NCBI GenBank assembly: GCA_963772705.1
Contig: CAVYYH010000005.1
Span: 75,733 to 139,732, forward strand
Source: an uncultured Bacteroidales bacterium
GTDB lineage: Bacteria; Bacteroidota; Bacteroidia; Bacteroidales; VadinHA17
Length of the DNA stretch: 64,000 bases
Reading direction: 5' to 3'
Positions 63,415 to 64,000 of the stretch are shown one piece after another (positions within the stretch are counted from its first letter, which is position 1; each line of letters begins with the position of its first letter). The notes beneath the pieces are model-generated. The model saw only the letters and a list, made by a program, of their open reading frames with translations. It did no database searches and had not been told where the DNA came from. The translations under genes and the position numbers were made by a program.

Positions 63415-63731
63415 TTAGAAACGTAGAAAGAAATATGCTATAATGATGAGTATCAATACAATGACAATCAGTCTTATCATGTTGTTCCTTTCGGCTTTCT
63501 CCCTCTGCCTGGGGAAGTAATTCTTCATTGACCCCCTCACGATCCTGCTCCTGTAGGGTGTGGAGTGTGCTCGCTGCTCCCCGCTCCCTGCTCCCTGCTC
63601 CTGCTCTCTGCACCCTGCTCCCCGCTCATGGCTCTTCTCGCCTCCCACTCCTCTTTCTTCGGGTCATAGTAGCGTGGAGTATAGTTGAATCCCCGTGGCT
63701 TAGTCTGCTTGAAGAAATTCGGTATTGCCAT
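63415..63731 (-). CDS. Small membrane-anchored protein upstream of mutL, with internal heptamer array and a 1-nt indel
   Basis: N-part KPRGFNYTPRYYDP (ORF 63537-63731) joins C-part with terminal TM segment (ORF 63415-63648) if one base is restored in the repeat. Confidence 0.7.
63568..63629. repeat. Heptamer array (TGCTCCC)n inside a coding region
   Basis: tgctcgc tgctccc cgctccc tgctccc tgctcc tgctctc tgcaccc tgctccc cgctcat. Confidence 0.85.
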
Positions 63732-63898
63732 CCTTCATTTTTTGCAAAAATACTAAGAAAAAGGGAGTTTTTAAGGGAGCAGTCAACTATCCCCGGCTAT
63801 GTTGAAATTGTAAAGCTCAGATGAGTTCTGTATGAAAGAGAACCAAAAAAGGTCGGTACAAATGTTTAACTTTGGACCGTTTAAGCCTTAAACCTCGA

Positions 63899-64000
63899 AT
63901 GAAGATACTCGTCACATATGCCAGTCGCACAGGCTCAACAGCCGCGGTTGCCGCGAGGGTGGGGCGTGTACTGACGGGATTGGGGGAGGAAGTCACCGTC
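63899..64000 (+). CDS. Flavodoxin-domain protein, 3'-truncated by the window edge
   Basis: MKILVTYASRTGSTAAVA FMN-binding loop; TAACTTTG promoter motif at 63867-63874. Confidence 0.75.
   Translation, partial: MKILVTYASRTGSTAAVAARVGRVLTGLGEEVTV

Overview
Mostly core chromosome of an anaerobic Bacteroidota, probably Bacteroidales. The assignment rests on TAnnTTTG promoter motifs, a T9SS sorting-domain protein, the extended S16, the mutL-rhomboid-rhomboid-EEP gene order and the S46 peptidase. About 50 genes are present. Housekeeping genes include dnaE, prfB with its programmed +1 frameshift, prmC, ribD, recX, rnhA, rnhB, rpsP-rimM, tsaC, dapD, mutL and trxA. Others include methylmalonyl-CoA mutase, a membrane pyrophosphatase, many peptidases (TldD/PmbA, M28, S46, S9) and signalling proteins. 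Many genes at about 1.8-27 kb and 57.9-63.6 kb are split by single-base indels, often in homopolymers, which look like long-read assembly errors. No rRNA, tRNA, CRISPR array, transposase or integrase was recognised. The most notable observations are: (1) a 1.9-kb integrase-less islet inserted into the 3' end of a LOG-family gene, bounded by two 41-bp copies that encode the same C-terminal peptide and differ only at synonymous positions; (2) a family of REP/IS200-end-like hairpin elements that share an architecture but not a sequence, mixed with heptamer and octamer arrays, one of which lies inside a coding region; (3) an exported TPR-caspase coupled to a beta-propeller/PP2C phosphatase sensor; (4) a small T9SS protein paired with a collagen/C1q fibre-like protein; (5) a perfect Fur/PerR-like operator upstream of tandem DUF5916 paralogues.
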